A stretch of 64,000 nt of DNA from Antedon mediterranea. Taxonomy: Eukaryota; Animalia; Echinodermata. A program made the position numbers and the translations under genes. The stretch lies in the NCBI RefSeq assembly GCF_964355755.1, contig NC_092671.1, positions 4,588,001-4,652,000 of the forward strand, in the 5' to 3' direction. Numbering within the stretch: the first letter of the stretch is position 1; every line of letters starts with the position of its first letter. The notes under the pieces are model-generated. The model ran no database searches and was not told where the DNA came from. It was given only the letters and a program-made list of their open reading frames with translations. This document shows positions 52,090 through 64,000 of the stretch, piece after piece.

Positions 52090-52185
52090 ACTTTTTCTCA
52101 TTCTCCCAGATTTCCTCATCTTTATCGTTTCAAAAATGAATTAAATTATTTTCAGTGTATCACCGGGCGGTTTGGAATTTATTTC

Positions 52186-52720
52186 CTGCGGATTCTGAAA
52201 TAGAAGACGTCGACAAACGCTCGTCTAAAACTGGTATTTACCGCATTGTATATCAGAGGATTCACAGATGAATTTAAATATTCACCAAGGCGAACAACTG
52301 TTATCCAGAGACTGTTTTAATTATATCAACATAATATATGCTATATACAAGTAGGAACGGTGTAATACAAACAACATAAACGGTGGTGGTCACAAAAACT
52401 GTTAAGAATAACTTCTTCTCAGATTTAAATCTGGTAGCAATTCTGGATTGTTTTATTGAATAAATCATAAGCGAATATAAAAATATCACAATGGCAATTA
52501 ATGTCAGCATTACAAACGCGCTTATCTTTAAGAAAATGTAATATTTGAATAATACTCATCGATAAACTAAAAGTCTAGATAACTGCACAGACTTTTACGG
52601 ATCTTGAGAGAGTACCAAATCCAATTGTTTTAAACCAATAAGGTTTACAGACTGCCATGTAACGCTCAACAGAAAGCCAGAAAATTGTAAAAATAGCTAC
52701 AAGAAAAGCACTCTTAAACA
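52186..52720 (-). pseudogene. GPCR fragment (TM3 to helix 8, with internal deletion)
   Basis: IFWLSVERYMAVCKPY, FKSEKKLFLTVFVT..CITP and NSSVNPLIYN are recognisable across stops and deletions. Confidence 0.8.
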
Positions 52721-53263
52721 AGAAATATTTCTTACAAAAAACGCCGCGTAACTTTTTGACTGGGCAGTTGTAAGAACAGTCTTCATTAATCTAATATAAT
52801 AGGTCGGCCAATCAAAACGCAAGTGAACAATTGGGACTTTACTTGTGATTTATGTCATTGGCCTGTCAGCACAGTCGTTTCTTTCTAGAATTAAACGCAC
52901 AAACTTGTATTGGGAATAATGTATGTGGTTATTACTATCGCATTTAGGTATTGATAATAATAATAATATGGCTTTTGAATATATAATTACTGTCTGTAGA
53001 ATAACATTTATACATTTTCGGTTCGCGATCAAAAGTTATATGAATGGATTTGTAATAGGTATTTATAATAATAGTATATGGGTTGTATTATTGCTAAGCT
53101 ATCACCAAATCGCGTTATAACATTATTTCTCAGGGTTTTTTGCACCATTGATCAATACCAAACGCGTATCGGTATTATAGTTTTTAATGAATCATTACAT
53201 TAATAAAAATACCCAATTAAATCAATCGCGTCAGTCCAATTCCGACTTATGTTTCGATCACAT

Positions 53264-53417
53264 AGTTCTGTGTCTACACTGTCCCAACTAGTTTAACAAA
53301 AAAAGTGTGATGTGCCCAAATATGGTAGTGATATGCCCGAATATCGTAGTGATATGACATCGTCATGTCTATATAATATGGGCACATCATATTTAGTTTG
53401 ATAGTATAGACAAAGCT
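53264..53417. mobile_element. Small MITE
   Basis: Inverted ends TGTCTACACTGTC..AACT / AGTTTGATAGTATAGACAAAGCT with internal GATATGCCC repeats. Confidence 0.5.
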
Positions 53418-53449
53418 TAAGGATTATATCTAATATTATAATAGTTTTC

Positions 53450-53680
53450 TTACATTTTGAACGGAAGTATTTATTTGTTTATAAGCCCAATTTTCCAGTC
53501 TTAATTTTACATTTTGAAAAAAAAGTATTTTATTTGTTGATAAGCCCAATTGTGCAGTCTTATTTTACATTTTGAACGAAAGTATTTATTTGTTGATAAG
53601 CCCAATTTTGCATTCTTATTTTACATTTTAAATGAAAGTATTTATTTGTTGATAAGCCGAATTTTCCAGTTTAATAATAA
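53450..53680. repeat. ~55-bp tandem repeat (about 4 copies), duplicated at ~54230-54320
   Basis: Unit TTTTACATTTTGAACGAAAGTATTTATTTGTTGATAAGCCCAATTTTGCAGTCTTA. Confidence 0.75.
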
Positions 53681-55654
53681 TGACCCCTTCCACAGTGCTT
53701 ATACCATATACATTTTACATGATATTGACCGTGGGTTCTTTACGCCTCTGATGCATTTGTTTTTATTGTACCTTTTTAATAAATTATTATATGTTTAGGC
53801 CTAATCACACCCAATTTAATGAAATGGTCAGATTCCGATTTCAATTGAACGAAAGTAGTACTGTATTTATTATTCATTGATAAGCCAAGGGTCCCATAGC
53901 GTTAGCTGATATCTTGAGCATTTGACTCTTGTGTAAACGTAACCTGTAACACAAATCATTCTTCAAAATCTAAAGAAAGAACCTCACACGTCTTTTTTGT
54001 GAGTGATACACTATGGATATGCCCACGGAAATAATATGTGGACATTGCAAACAATCATAGGCCTACAGTAACAAACATAGAATGGCTAATAAGCATAACA
54101 TTCAGACTTGCTTGTTTTCTAGTGGATTTTTATTTACTTTAGCATGTAGAATAAAACTAGTAACAGTGGCTATATTAATAATTATACTGATTATCCTTGA
54201 TGTTATCGCGTCTAATAATAAAATATTTTGTTGTTGATAAGCCCAATTTTTCAGCCTTGATTTTACATTTTGAACGAAAGTATTTATTTGTTGATAAGCC
54301 CAATTTTGCAGTCTTAATAATGACCCTTCCACAGTGCATTTTACATGATATTGACCGAGGGTTTTTACGCCTCTATAGCCACTGATCAATACCATAATTA
54401 ATGTACTTTTTTAAATGAATATTGAAATGTTTCAACATACCCAATTCAAAAAAACGGTCCGTTTTCGAGTTCAATCTTTTGATTAGAGAGGTTGGAGTTT
54501 CATTTTGAATTATAACATTAGCCTAGATTGACAGTCATAAAAAAGAAAGTCATTGTAACTACTTCCCTTTATGTTGACAGAGCCAAAATAAAGTTTTGAC
54601 CATTATCGAATGATTATTTGACAGTGACTTATTATAATACCGGCCTGGTTGACAGCAAAAACGAAGTTATTATTTATTAAACAAGATTTTACAGATTTCC
54701 GTCTACATCTCAATAATACTGTATTATCAGCAAAGGCTTTCATATAGACTCTCTTCTCCCAGACGTTTTTTGGGTCCAGCAGCTACCTATAAATTATAGT
54801 CGAGTTTCCAAATTCACAAAACTGTCAGCCTTAGATACTAAAGCTACCGCTATGAAACAGCTTATTAATGAATGTGTCCTCCTGGGACATAGCTGGCTAG
54901 AGCCGCGGCGCGAAAAATAAACCAACATGCAGAATAAATCAAAATTCTATTTTTCGTGACGTAGAAGAAAGTATTAGTCGTACAAAAACCTCACGTGTTA
55001 GTGAGAATAAAAGATGTATATACCATATATAACAACTCTGGCAACAATTTGTACAAAAAACCATTCAAAGAATAACAAACATTTAAAATGCTGGTTGCGG
55101 ATTCGAAGTACAGTTTCTTTTAAATCTTGCTATATACTAATAATTCATAATACATTGTTGAATACCTCGTTATGAATGTAAGTCATTATAGCCTATGATT
55201 CTAATGGTTAATGATAAGTATACATTTATGGATAAGCAGTACAATTTGTTAAAGCTGAGAAGAAAGAAGGAACTTGTGAAAGCATCATGTTACAAGTTGC
55301 ATTTTTGTACCCGGATACATCAGGATAGAATAATGATAACTTTTGGAAATTTCACAGTTGCGAATATTATACTCATATTAATATTGACAACGACAACGAT
55401 AACGACAACAATAATGATAAATAACAACAACAACAAATCATTCTTTGTCTATTATGTTCGGTTGGTCTCGAATAGCGTGTTTTTCTTACAGAACATAAAA
55501 CAGAATATAAAATTACTATAATCATAATTTACATCATAGAAATAGTTAATTTGCAGCGGCAACAAAATTGTACATACTGTAGTCTATTGTAGCTTTGCTT
55601 AAAAATACATTTGGTGCTCATTATATATCAAAAGATTTACAGATAAATTTTCTC

Positions 55655-56150
55655 AGCTAAACGACGTTGGTATGTTAAACGTCCAAGATCGTGTCGTTTC
55701 TTAGAGTCTGCCATGCTTTTAAAATACATAATCATTGTTGTCCACCTTATTTATGCAATCATTTTATTAGAATTTCAGACAGTCAGAATTACAATACTAG
55801 GGGATGTAATTTTAATTTTAGAACTCCAACTATCAAGCCAATGGCACATGCAACCTTTTTTTACAATGCTATTAAAGAATGGAATAATTTACCAATTAAC
55901 ATTAAGGAATCACAAACTGTTTGTTGTTTTAAAAGTAAAGTTAAAAAGTATCTACAGGAACGTACACTTGCATTAGAAACTATTCAATAAGCGCTACTTC
56001 TATATTTGATAGTCTTATTGTTAGTTTTTTTATTAATTATTATATGTTTCATTGTATGTCTTTTTTGCTGTTCTTTCAAAGGACCTCATTGGAAACAAGT
56101 CCGTAAAGGACTTTTATGAGTTTTCCTTCTTGTTTTATTCATGGTTTTTT
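55655..56150 (+). mobile_element. CR1/L2-group LINE 3' fragment
   Basis: FKI...PPYL...YNTRG...TFFYNAIKEWNNLP..IKE....FKSKVKKYL, the typical ORF2 C-terminus. Confidence 0.75.
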
Positions 56151-56156
56151 ATATAT

Positions 56157-56480
56157 AATAATAATAATAACACTAATAATAATAATAATAATAATAGTTC
56201 ATTCTTATATAGCGCATATAAGCAAGCTCTCAATGCGCTGAACATTATTACCCCAGTCATTTCCTGATCAAACACCTATGGAAACATACTCCCATATTAT
56301 GCAGCTAGTAATCAGCGCAAAGTTGTGTCTTGATCTAACCGGGTTCCCAATTATACACCTGGGTGGAGAAAGGCAAACGTAAGTAAAGTATCTTGCCTAA
56401 GGATACAAGCAATACGGCGAGAGTTGGATTCGAACCTCGGTCTAACGATCAGTAGTCGAACGTCCAACACACGCCCTCAT
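56157..56480 (-). mobile_element. tRNA-derived SINE
   Basis: Minus-strand B-box GGTTCGAATCC, central CCTTAGGCAAGATACTTTAC...TCTCCACCCAGGTGTATAATTGGG and a (TTA)n tail. Confidence 0.7.
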
Positions 56481-57521
56481 ATATGCTATTTTTAATTGTA
56501 TGTCTGTGATTTTTTATGTACTGATGCCGAAATAAATCAAATCAAATCATGAATTTAAATACTATAAAGCCCAAAATCTTCGCGCGCCCGTTATTTTCGC
56601 GACTTTCGCGATTGAAACATTACAGTCGATCAGGCCTAGGCTTAGTTAGTTAGCCAGGCCTAGTCCTAATATGGAAACAATGAATATAAAATAGTTACGA
56701 TAAACTTCTAATTGTGTATTCTTTGAAACATTTACGATCCCCAATTATTAATTATATTGTTTATTCAGGTGTACCTAATTAAAACATTAAAATAAATTGC
56801 AACCGACCGCCGAAAATGCTAGGCCCTACTCAGCCTGCGCTGCCTCGCTCAAAACAATGATGAAATTCCTCCTCATAGCGCTCGTCGGTGGATTGATCGC
56901 TAAAATAAAGTTCGAATTGAAATAAAAAAAAAAAAGCTTACGACATTTCTTTGGTAATTTTTTTATGAAATGTATAGTGTACTTGCTTGAAGAAACCTTT
57001 GTCCATTAAATCATATCATAAGTTGTAATGTGTCCATAAAGTAATTAAGACGAAGAGCAATTACTGCCCAAAAACAATTATTTTCCCACAACCTATTTTA
57101 TATTGGTTGGTAATCCAACAGTCCAAAGATCCAGTTATCACCTGTTTCCTTTTTTTCTTCCTTATATCTTATTAACTCAAAATATATAAACATTATTGAC
57201 ATAATTTCATTAAACATCCACATACAGTACAACTCTTCTTAACAATTTTGTTCAATCTAACTCAACTAAAAGTCGTGGTTAGTCATGTCTCGGCTCACAT
57301 TCTATGGTCGCCGTACAGATAGGCTGCTACATCAGTACTTCTATGAATGGATGGCTAGTTGGTGACAAGAACGCTAGTTAGTCATACCCAGTACCGTTTT
57401 GATTTAACGATCATTCGGGAAACCACCTCACGACGGTGCCTGTTTCTTTTGAGTAAAAGAGATGTTGTTAAAGTATATACAGAGTTTATCTGGCAAACTT
57501 TAAAATTGTCTATTTATTTAG

Positions 57522-58596
57522 CTAGGTTTTTCTAATGATAAAATGATGTAATTTCCTGCGAACTTTGATGTAGAAGACGTCAACAAATGCTTTTCTAAAA
57601 CTTTCATTTACTACAGTATATATCAAAGGATTTACAGATGAATTTATATATAATCCTAAACGACAAATATTCAAAACCAACGAAAGTTCATTATATCCAA
57701 GATTACAAAAATAGAATAATGTCCCTAACATATAAAACGGTGTCATGCAGATAACATAAACTGTGACCGTCACAAAAACTGTCCAGAATATTTTTTTTCT
57801 CAGATTTCGAACGTGGGTCGGTCTCGCATGAATTTGGCATAATGTTCCGGGATTTTCTTAATGAATAGAACATACACGAATATAAAGCTGCAATGACCAC
57901 AATTAACACCATAGTGACAGTAAAGTTAATCATCCAAATAATTTCATAAAGTTGTTCGTAGACTTGTTTTTTAAAAAGACAAGTAGTTGCACGATTTGAG
58001 ATACCTCTATACATATCAGGCCAAGGAAGAATGACGGATACTCGTTCGCAACACAGCAAATCTATAATATTTACCGGCAAACTGAAAATCCATATTATTA
58101 CACAGACTTTTACAGATCTTGAAAGAGTACCAAATCCACTTGTTTTAAACTGATAAGGTCTACAAATCGCCATACAACGTTCAACAGAAAGCCAGAATAT
58201 AGTTAAAATGCCTACATTCACGGCACAATCGGGTAAGTAATCCAATAGTCCACATATCCAGTTATTTCCTACTTCATCAATCGTATATGGAACAGAAATT
58301 AATTCAGTTGTCCATACAGCAATGGGTGCCACAATTAAATTCATTGTATCAGCTATTGCCAAATTGGCTAGATACACGTACGCTGATGTATGTAGTTTTA
58401 TCACTATAACGATGAATGTCGTCATGTTTCCGACAATTCCAAAGGCGACCATAACAGGAATTATATTGTAACGTAAAATCCTCTCCCAGTCACTAAGAAG
58501 GAACATGTCTATGCATGAATCATAGTCAGTGGTGTTAAATGTTGAACACCCGTATTCAGATGCATCATAGGATGCATTGTTGACTGAAAGTGACAT
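57522..58596 (-). pseudogene. Near-intact class A GPCR with a single homopolymer frameshift
   Basis: ORFs 57703-58596 and 57522-57773 join if one base is removed from the T8 run at 57791-57798. ERC instead of ERY; CMTP and NPLIY present. Confidence 0.8.
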
Positions 58597-59137
58597 TTTC
58601 TTTGTTTTTTTTTTAATATTTCCAAACTAAAAATTGCAAGTAAAATGTTGTTTCTAATTAAAGATACATGTAATCACTGAGTGGACTGACTGGATCGCAA
58701 TAAAGAATTGATGCGCTTCTTGTGTGTACGTACACAGTTCAGAATTAATAATGTAATTTGCTGCAATGTTCGAAACGTATTATTACTCCAGGGAGTAAGG
58801 GAAAAGTAACTACTTAATTAAAAGACGTATAATATGACGTTAATGAAATATTCGTAGTCGTAGTAGTAAACAATTCTTCACGTTCTGTTACACAATAAGT
58901 TTCAAGAATTACAGCTTTATGATATACTTAATTCTTATACTAAGTTATAAATTCCATCTTATACACGAGAGAAGATGTAATAAAATACTTACTAATAATT
59001 CATTATCTCACAGCTTACGAACTTCAATTATATTGAATAATAAACAATCTTCAATCTTTAATTAAAAAGAATATTTGCTAGCCACATACTGTTATTGATT
59101 TTCCCATTACCTAATCCACATTTTGTAATAAATGGCG

Positions 59138-59345
59138 TCATAAAAACAACGTAAACCTAACTGTCACAAAAACTGTAACGAATGTTTTTTTCTTAGATTT
59201 AATTCTGGGATCAGTTCCTTGAATATTTGACACCGGTACGGCAGTAATGGTATGGGATTTTCTTAATGAATAAAACATAAACGAATATAAACATATCACA
59301 ATGACAATTAGTATCATGCTCAAAATATTGATTATCTTGAAATGC
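59138..59345 (-). pseudogene. GPCR TM5-ICL3-TM6 fragment
   Basis: MILIVIVICLYSFMFYSLRKS...DPRIKSKKKTFVTVFVTV. Confidence 0.75.
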
Positions 59346-61170
59346 CGTAGCCAATCATTGATTCTGGTTTGTGGGACAACATTCAATATTATACAAATAA
59401 TGAATGTTTTATATTCGTGTAATGGTACAAATAATGGCATGAGGTGAATGATGAAAGGTTATATATCAACGAGGCAACGCAAATAAAAGGTAGCCCAAGC
59501 CAACCCTACATTTCATTCACATTGATTAAAACAGTAACTTTTGGTTTTTAATATTATATTAAATGTTATATTTATATGGATTTTATAAACACACCTACTT
59601 TAGTGTTAATTATGTCAACAAACGACCAAACAATCCTAGGCCTAGCAAGGCTAAAAGGCCTAGGCTAGACCTAGTAGTAGCACTAGCCTAGCTTGACTGA
59701 AAGGCAAAACTTCGACAGACAATTGGAACTTATCTAGGCTAATTATGGTTTTTTCAACGATTTCACGTTTTGTAGAGATGTCCTAATTATTTATTCAAAA
59801 TCCTAAAAACGATCTAAAGCTAATTTAAATGCCTTTTTCAATGAAATTAGTACATATATATCTCCAAATCGTACATAAAAATCTGCTGCTGTTGGAACAG
59901 AGGCAGGACAACAGGTGGCGCTGTTGTATTTCACATTAATTTGTACACCAGATTTTTTTCATCCACGAAACGTTTTTTTTTTCGTACTATTGCACGCCAT
60001 GTGACCCACAATCGTCCAATCAAATGACAGGAATTTATTTAGGTGTTATATAATGTAAATCCAAAGGCAAATTACTAAAAAAAATGACAATGCTGTGGGT
60101 ATCAGTGGCTGGATCTCAATGGAGATACAAAAAAAAAAGCTAAATCAAAACAATAAAGTAAAACAGCCAGAAAAGTTAGCAGAGCTTTCGGGCAACACTA
60201 GCCCTTTATCAGTGCAAGTGAAGGCATTTGGATAACGTCATAGTATAAGAACTGGCAAGTGCTGCCTGGGTGGACAGTTATATAATATACAAATACTGAA
60301 TGTTTATGAGTTGGATCGTAAGAATATTTCATGAGTTGAAAGATTGACTGCTGTCGCTGCACATCCGATAGAGTCGAAAAATCTTCAAAACTGTTTGAAT
60401 GGAAAGAAACACAATTTCGGGGTAAGTTTAAAATTGAAGAGATTGAGGGAATTTTCATGAATTTCGTGATATCCTTTACATAAACGAATTTTACTTTGTG
60501 CCACAATTAAATTATATTGCCAAATTTGCTAGATACACGTAAACGACAGGGAGTCATACGCAATACCGTTGTGAACACATACATTATATCATTTATACCA
60601 AGTCTATCTGGCAAACGATTCGTTTCGTGTTCCAAGAATGTTAATTTCGTTATAAATGTAATTATGTAAAAGGTTAATCATAACAATAATGTGCATGAAA
60701 GTAACGCTCGTGCTAATATTTACAAACATTGGTTTATTATTACATTTAATACTATGCTTTCTACATCATCAAACAATAATAATGATGTTTACTTGTCTGC
60801 AAATCGTGTTAACATTTTACTGTTTGTAAACTAAAGTTGATAGAGTGTGTCCTCCGTAATCAGCTATTACTGGGATATTGAATGATTAACTAGACAATTG
60901 TACAATATTTGTTGACTGAGAGACCAGAATGTAAGTCATTATTCAAATTCAAAAACATTTATTGTCCAATATTCAAGCACAAAATATAAAAAATATCATA
61001 TAGCCTATGATTTTAATGGTTAATGATAAACATACATTTATACACAACATAATGTTGCCGATAATACCAAACGGGAACACAATATTAGTCACACATTGAA
61101 ACAGGTGGAGTAATTTGTCAAAATCATAATAATAATATAGACTCGTGTTATACATTGAACTCCCGTACAT

Positions 61171-63115
61171 GGTTCTAGGACACCTACCCCCTAGACAGTT
61201 TCCCCCCGGATATTTACCACCCGGACAACTACCCCCTTAGGACAACTAACCCCCGGACAACTACCCCCCGGACAACTACCCCCTTAGGACAACTACCCCC
61301 TTAGGATAACAACCCCCCGGACAACTACCCCCCGGACAACTACCTCCTTAGGACAACTACCCCCTTAGGATAACTACCCCCCGGATAACTACCCCCCGGT
61401 CAACTACCCCCCGGTCAACTACCCCCCCCCCCCAATCCAAAAGTAGACAAACGGTTTCTGTAAAAATGAAATCATCTGTTTTTAACGGGTGTTTCGAAAC
61501 TAGAGACCCGAGACCAGAGACCTGACACGAGGCCCAATACGAAAAGGGAGACCTATATTTGGGTCTCCCTTTTCGTATATTAGGGTCTCCCTTTTCGTAT
61601 AGTGGGGTCTCCCTTTTCGTATATTTAGGTCTCCCTTTTCGTATATTAGGGTCTCTCTTTTCGTATAGTGGGGTCTCCCTTTTCGTACGTGGGTCTCTCT
61701 TTTCGTATATTTAGGTCTCCCTTTTCGTATTGGGTCTCTGGTCTCTGGTCTCGGGTCTCTAGTTTCGAAACACCCGTTTTTAACCGATTATTCTGTTTAA
61801 CAGCACGCTAGACCCTAGATGTGCTAGATTTAAAGTACCGTATTTATTGACAAAACGGCCTGGGCTGTTTATTGTTTAGGTGGTTTTTAGGTGGACATTT
61901 ATTGGAAGAAAGTTGTTTATTCAATGGGAGGGGGTATAATCTAATGGAAATAGACGCCGATTATTAATTCCATATGATGTTTCATGGGAGTGACATGATC
62001 ACCGTTTATTTGAGGGGAATTTATTTAAAGATCGCCGTTTATTCGGTGAGTGAACATTGAGGTCAAATATCAAAAGTGATATTATTCTTCAAGTGTACAA
62101 AAATACTTAGGCCTATATGACAAATTTGAGACAAAAATTAATTCTTTTAAGACCAGTGGTTATCGAAGCATTGTCCTGACGCAAACATTATTATTATTAT
62201 TAGCGAACCCATGCCAGTCTTTACAGTAAATACAGAGAGTACTATATAATACGTTCGACTATCCTATGATCATGTGTGACAATCTTCAGTTTAAACCAGG
62301 CTATATTTATGTTCAATCTTTTACTTTTGTTTACAATAATGAATAGTAATTCATCAAAGTAACGAATTAAAATATAGTTATTAATTCCTATTATACACTG
62401 TTGCAGAGTCAGGTTGTTGAATGGTCTGGGTGGTAGTTGTCCGTCCGGGGGTAGTTGTTCTAAAGGGATAGTTTTCTGGGTGGTAGTTGTCCAGGGGTTA
62501 GTTGTCCTACGGAGGTAGTTGTCCTAAAATATTATTTGCCCTCGGAGTATTGTCCAGGTCCAGGAGGTAGTTGTCCTACGGGGAGTATTGTGTCAGAGGT
62601 AGTTATCCGCGGGGTAATTACCCGGGGGGGGGGGGTTGTCAGGGGGTAATTGTTCCTAGGGGGTAATTGTCCGGGGGGAATTGTTCCTAGGGGGTAATTG
62701 TCCGGGGGGTAGTTGTCCAGGGGTTAGTTGTCCTACGGAGGTAGTTGTCCTAAAAGATTATTTGCCCTCGGAGTATTGTCCAGGAAGTAGTTGTCCTACG
62801 GGGAGTATTGTGTCAGAGGTAGTTGTCTGGGGGGTAATTATCCGGGGGGTAATTGTCCGGGGGGTAATTGTCCGGAGGGTAATTGTCCGGGGGGTAATTG
62901 TTCCTAGAGGGTAATTGTCCGGGGGGTAGTTGTCCGGGGGGTAGTTGTCCTAAGGGGGTTGTTGTCCTAAGGGGGTAGTTGTCCGGGGGGTATTTGTCCG
63001 GGGGGTAGTTGTCCTAAAGGGGTAGTTGTCCTAAGGGGGTAGTGGTCCAGGTGGTGGTTGTCCGGGGGGTAGTTTTCCGGGTGGTAAATGTCCAGGGGGT
63101 GAATATCCGGATACG
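61171..63115. mobile_element. Foldback/MULE-like non-autonomous element with inverted subterminal tandem arrays
   Basis: 9-bp TSD CCCGTACAT (61162-61170 and 63116-63124). Left (GGACAACTACCCCC)n array and right (GGGGGTAGTTGTCC)n array. Confidence 0.82.
61486..61776. mobile_element. Nested MITE with internal ~22-bp tandem repeat
   Basis: Perfect TIR CGGGTGTTTCGAAACTAGAGACCCGAGACCAGAGACC with flanking direct repeat TTTTTAA. Internal (GGGTCTCCCTTTTCGTATA..)n. Confidence 0.82.
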
Positions 63116-64000
63116 CCCGTACATAGATACTTCAACATCCAATGACGATGCCATTTTGTTAATAAAATGTATATATTGACTAAAGTTCAGGTCAACAATG
63201 TAATACAAACAAACATTAAATCTTACAAAAATCTCACTTTTCTTTAGTGGCTGGTTGTCCTAATGTGATGGAGTACGGTAGCTTTAAGAGTAATTACTAC
63301 AACGTGGCGCCGTATTACGTACAGTATATCCAAGTTTATCTGGCAAACAATTAATTTGTCTATTAATGTACATTGTAAACATTATGATCCAAATAATTAT
63401 GGATGTACATGTCTGTCATTATATAGTTCACGGCATGACAACATTAAAAGTTTCAATTCCTGGTTTCCGATATTTCAAGTCCACTTTCACTACACTTGGT
63501 TCTTACAAACTTCCATAAACGTCCGATGAAAAGCTACAATATCTTTACTAATTACTTAATTGCCACATATCCAGCAGCACCCTTCATGTTTTATATATAC
63601 GTTTATTTTTCCTTCTAAACAAGAGTTTCCGTTTAGTTTACGTCCTTCCGTTGCGTCTCTAGTGGGAACCAAGCATTATACATCCAGCACTATATTTATG
63701 TTTATTTATTAATATGATTTACGTTATTAAGAAGAATGGATGACCAATGATTAGAGCATGAGTTGGTTTTCTTATAAAATATTCGTGACGTAGAAGAAAG
63801 TATTAGTCGTACAAAAACCTCACGTGTTTAGTGGTGGATTGTCGAAATGCTGTTGAGAATAAAAGATAAACGTATATACCAGATATATAGCAACTCTGAC
63901 AACAATTTACAAGTACAAAAACCCATTCAAAGAAAAATAAACATTTAAAATACTGGTTGCGGATTCGAAGTTTCTTTTAAATCTTGATATATACAATTAA

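Larger units (their letters stand above)
60973..63153 (-). pseudogene. GPCR N-terminal/TM1 relic split by the foldback element
   Basis: Removing 61171-63115 and one TSD gives MASSLDVEVSMYGSSMYNTS...PFGIIGNIM. A TM2 relic (YVYLANLAI) lies at ~60515-60545. Confidence 0.7.

Noticed and set aside
59430-60055. Possible Crypton-type or other non-autonomous element with many CTAG/AGGCCT motifs
   Set aside because: Termini and target site could not be defined by eye.
62681-63208. ORFs with GVIVR or TT repeats
   Set aside because: They are translations of the foldback subterminal arrays.

Overview
AT-rich eukaryotic (animal) DNA. A Deu-domain SINE and the overall repeat content fit an invertebrate deuterostome such as an echinoderm, but this is inference. 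The window is a tandem array of intronless rhodopsin-class (class A) GPCR paralogues, all on the minus strand. It holds 7 complete ORFs, one gene cut by the window edge, one near-intact frameshifted gene and several pseudogenes or fragments. The array shows segmental duplication, mosaic (gene-conversion-like) exchange of modules between paralogues and a variable 55-bp tandem repeat directly upstream of one gene type. Three receptor copies are split by transposons: a full-length Ngaro-type tyrosine-recombinase retrotransposon with split direct repeats (7081-12586), a BEL/Pao LTR retrotransposon with atypical termini (27607-34208) and a G-rich foldback/MULE-like element (61171-63115). Also present are a Kolobok-like non-autonomous element, SINEs, LINE and Penelope fragments, MITEs and a tRNA-like cassette between direct repeats. 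All calls were made by eye, and family assignments need database confirmation.
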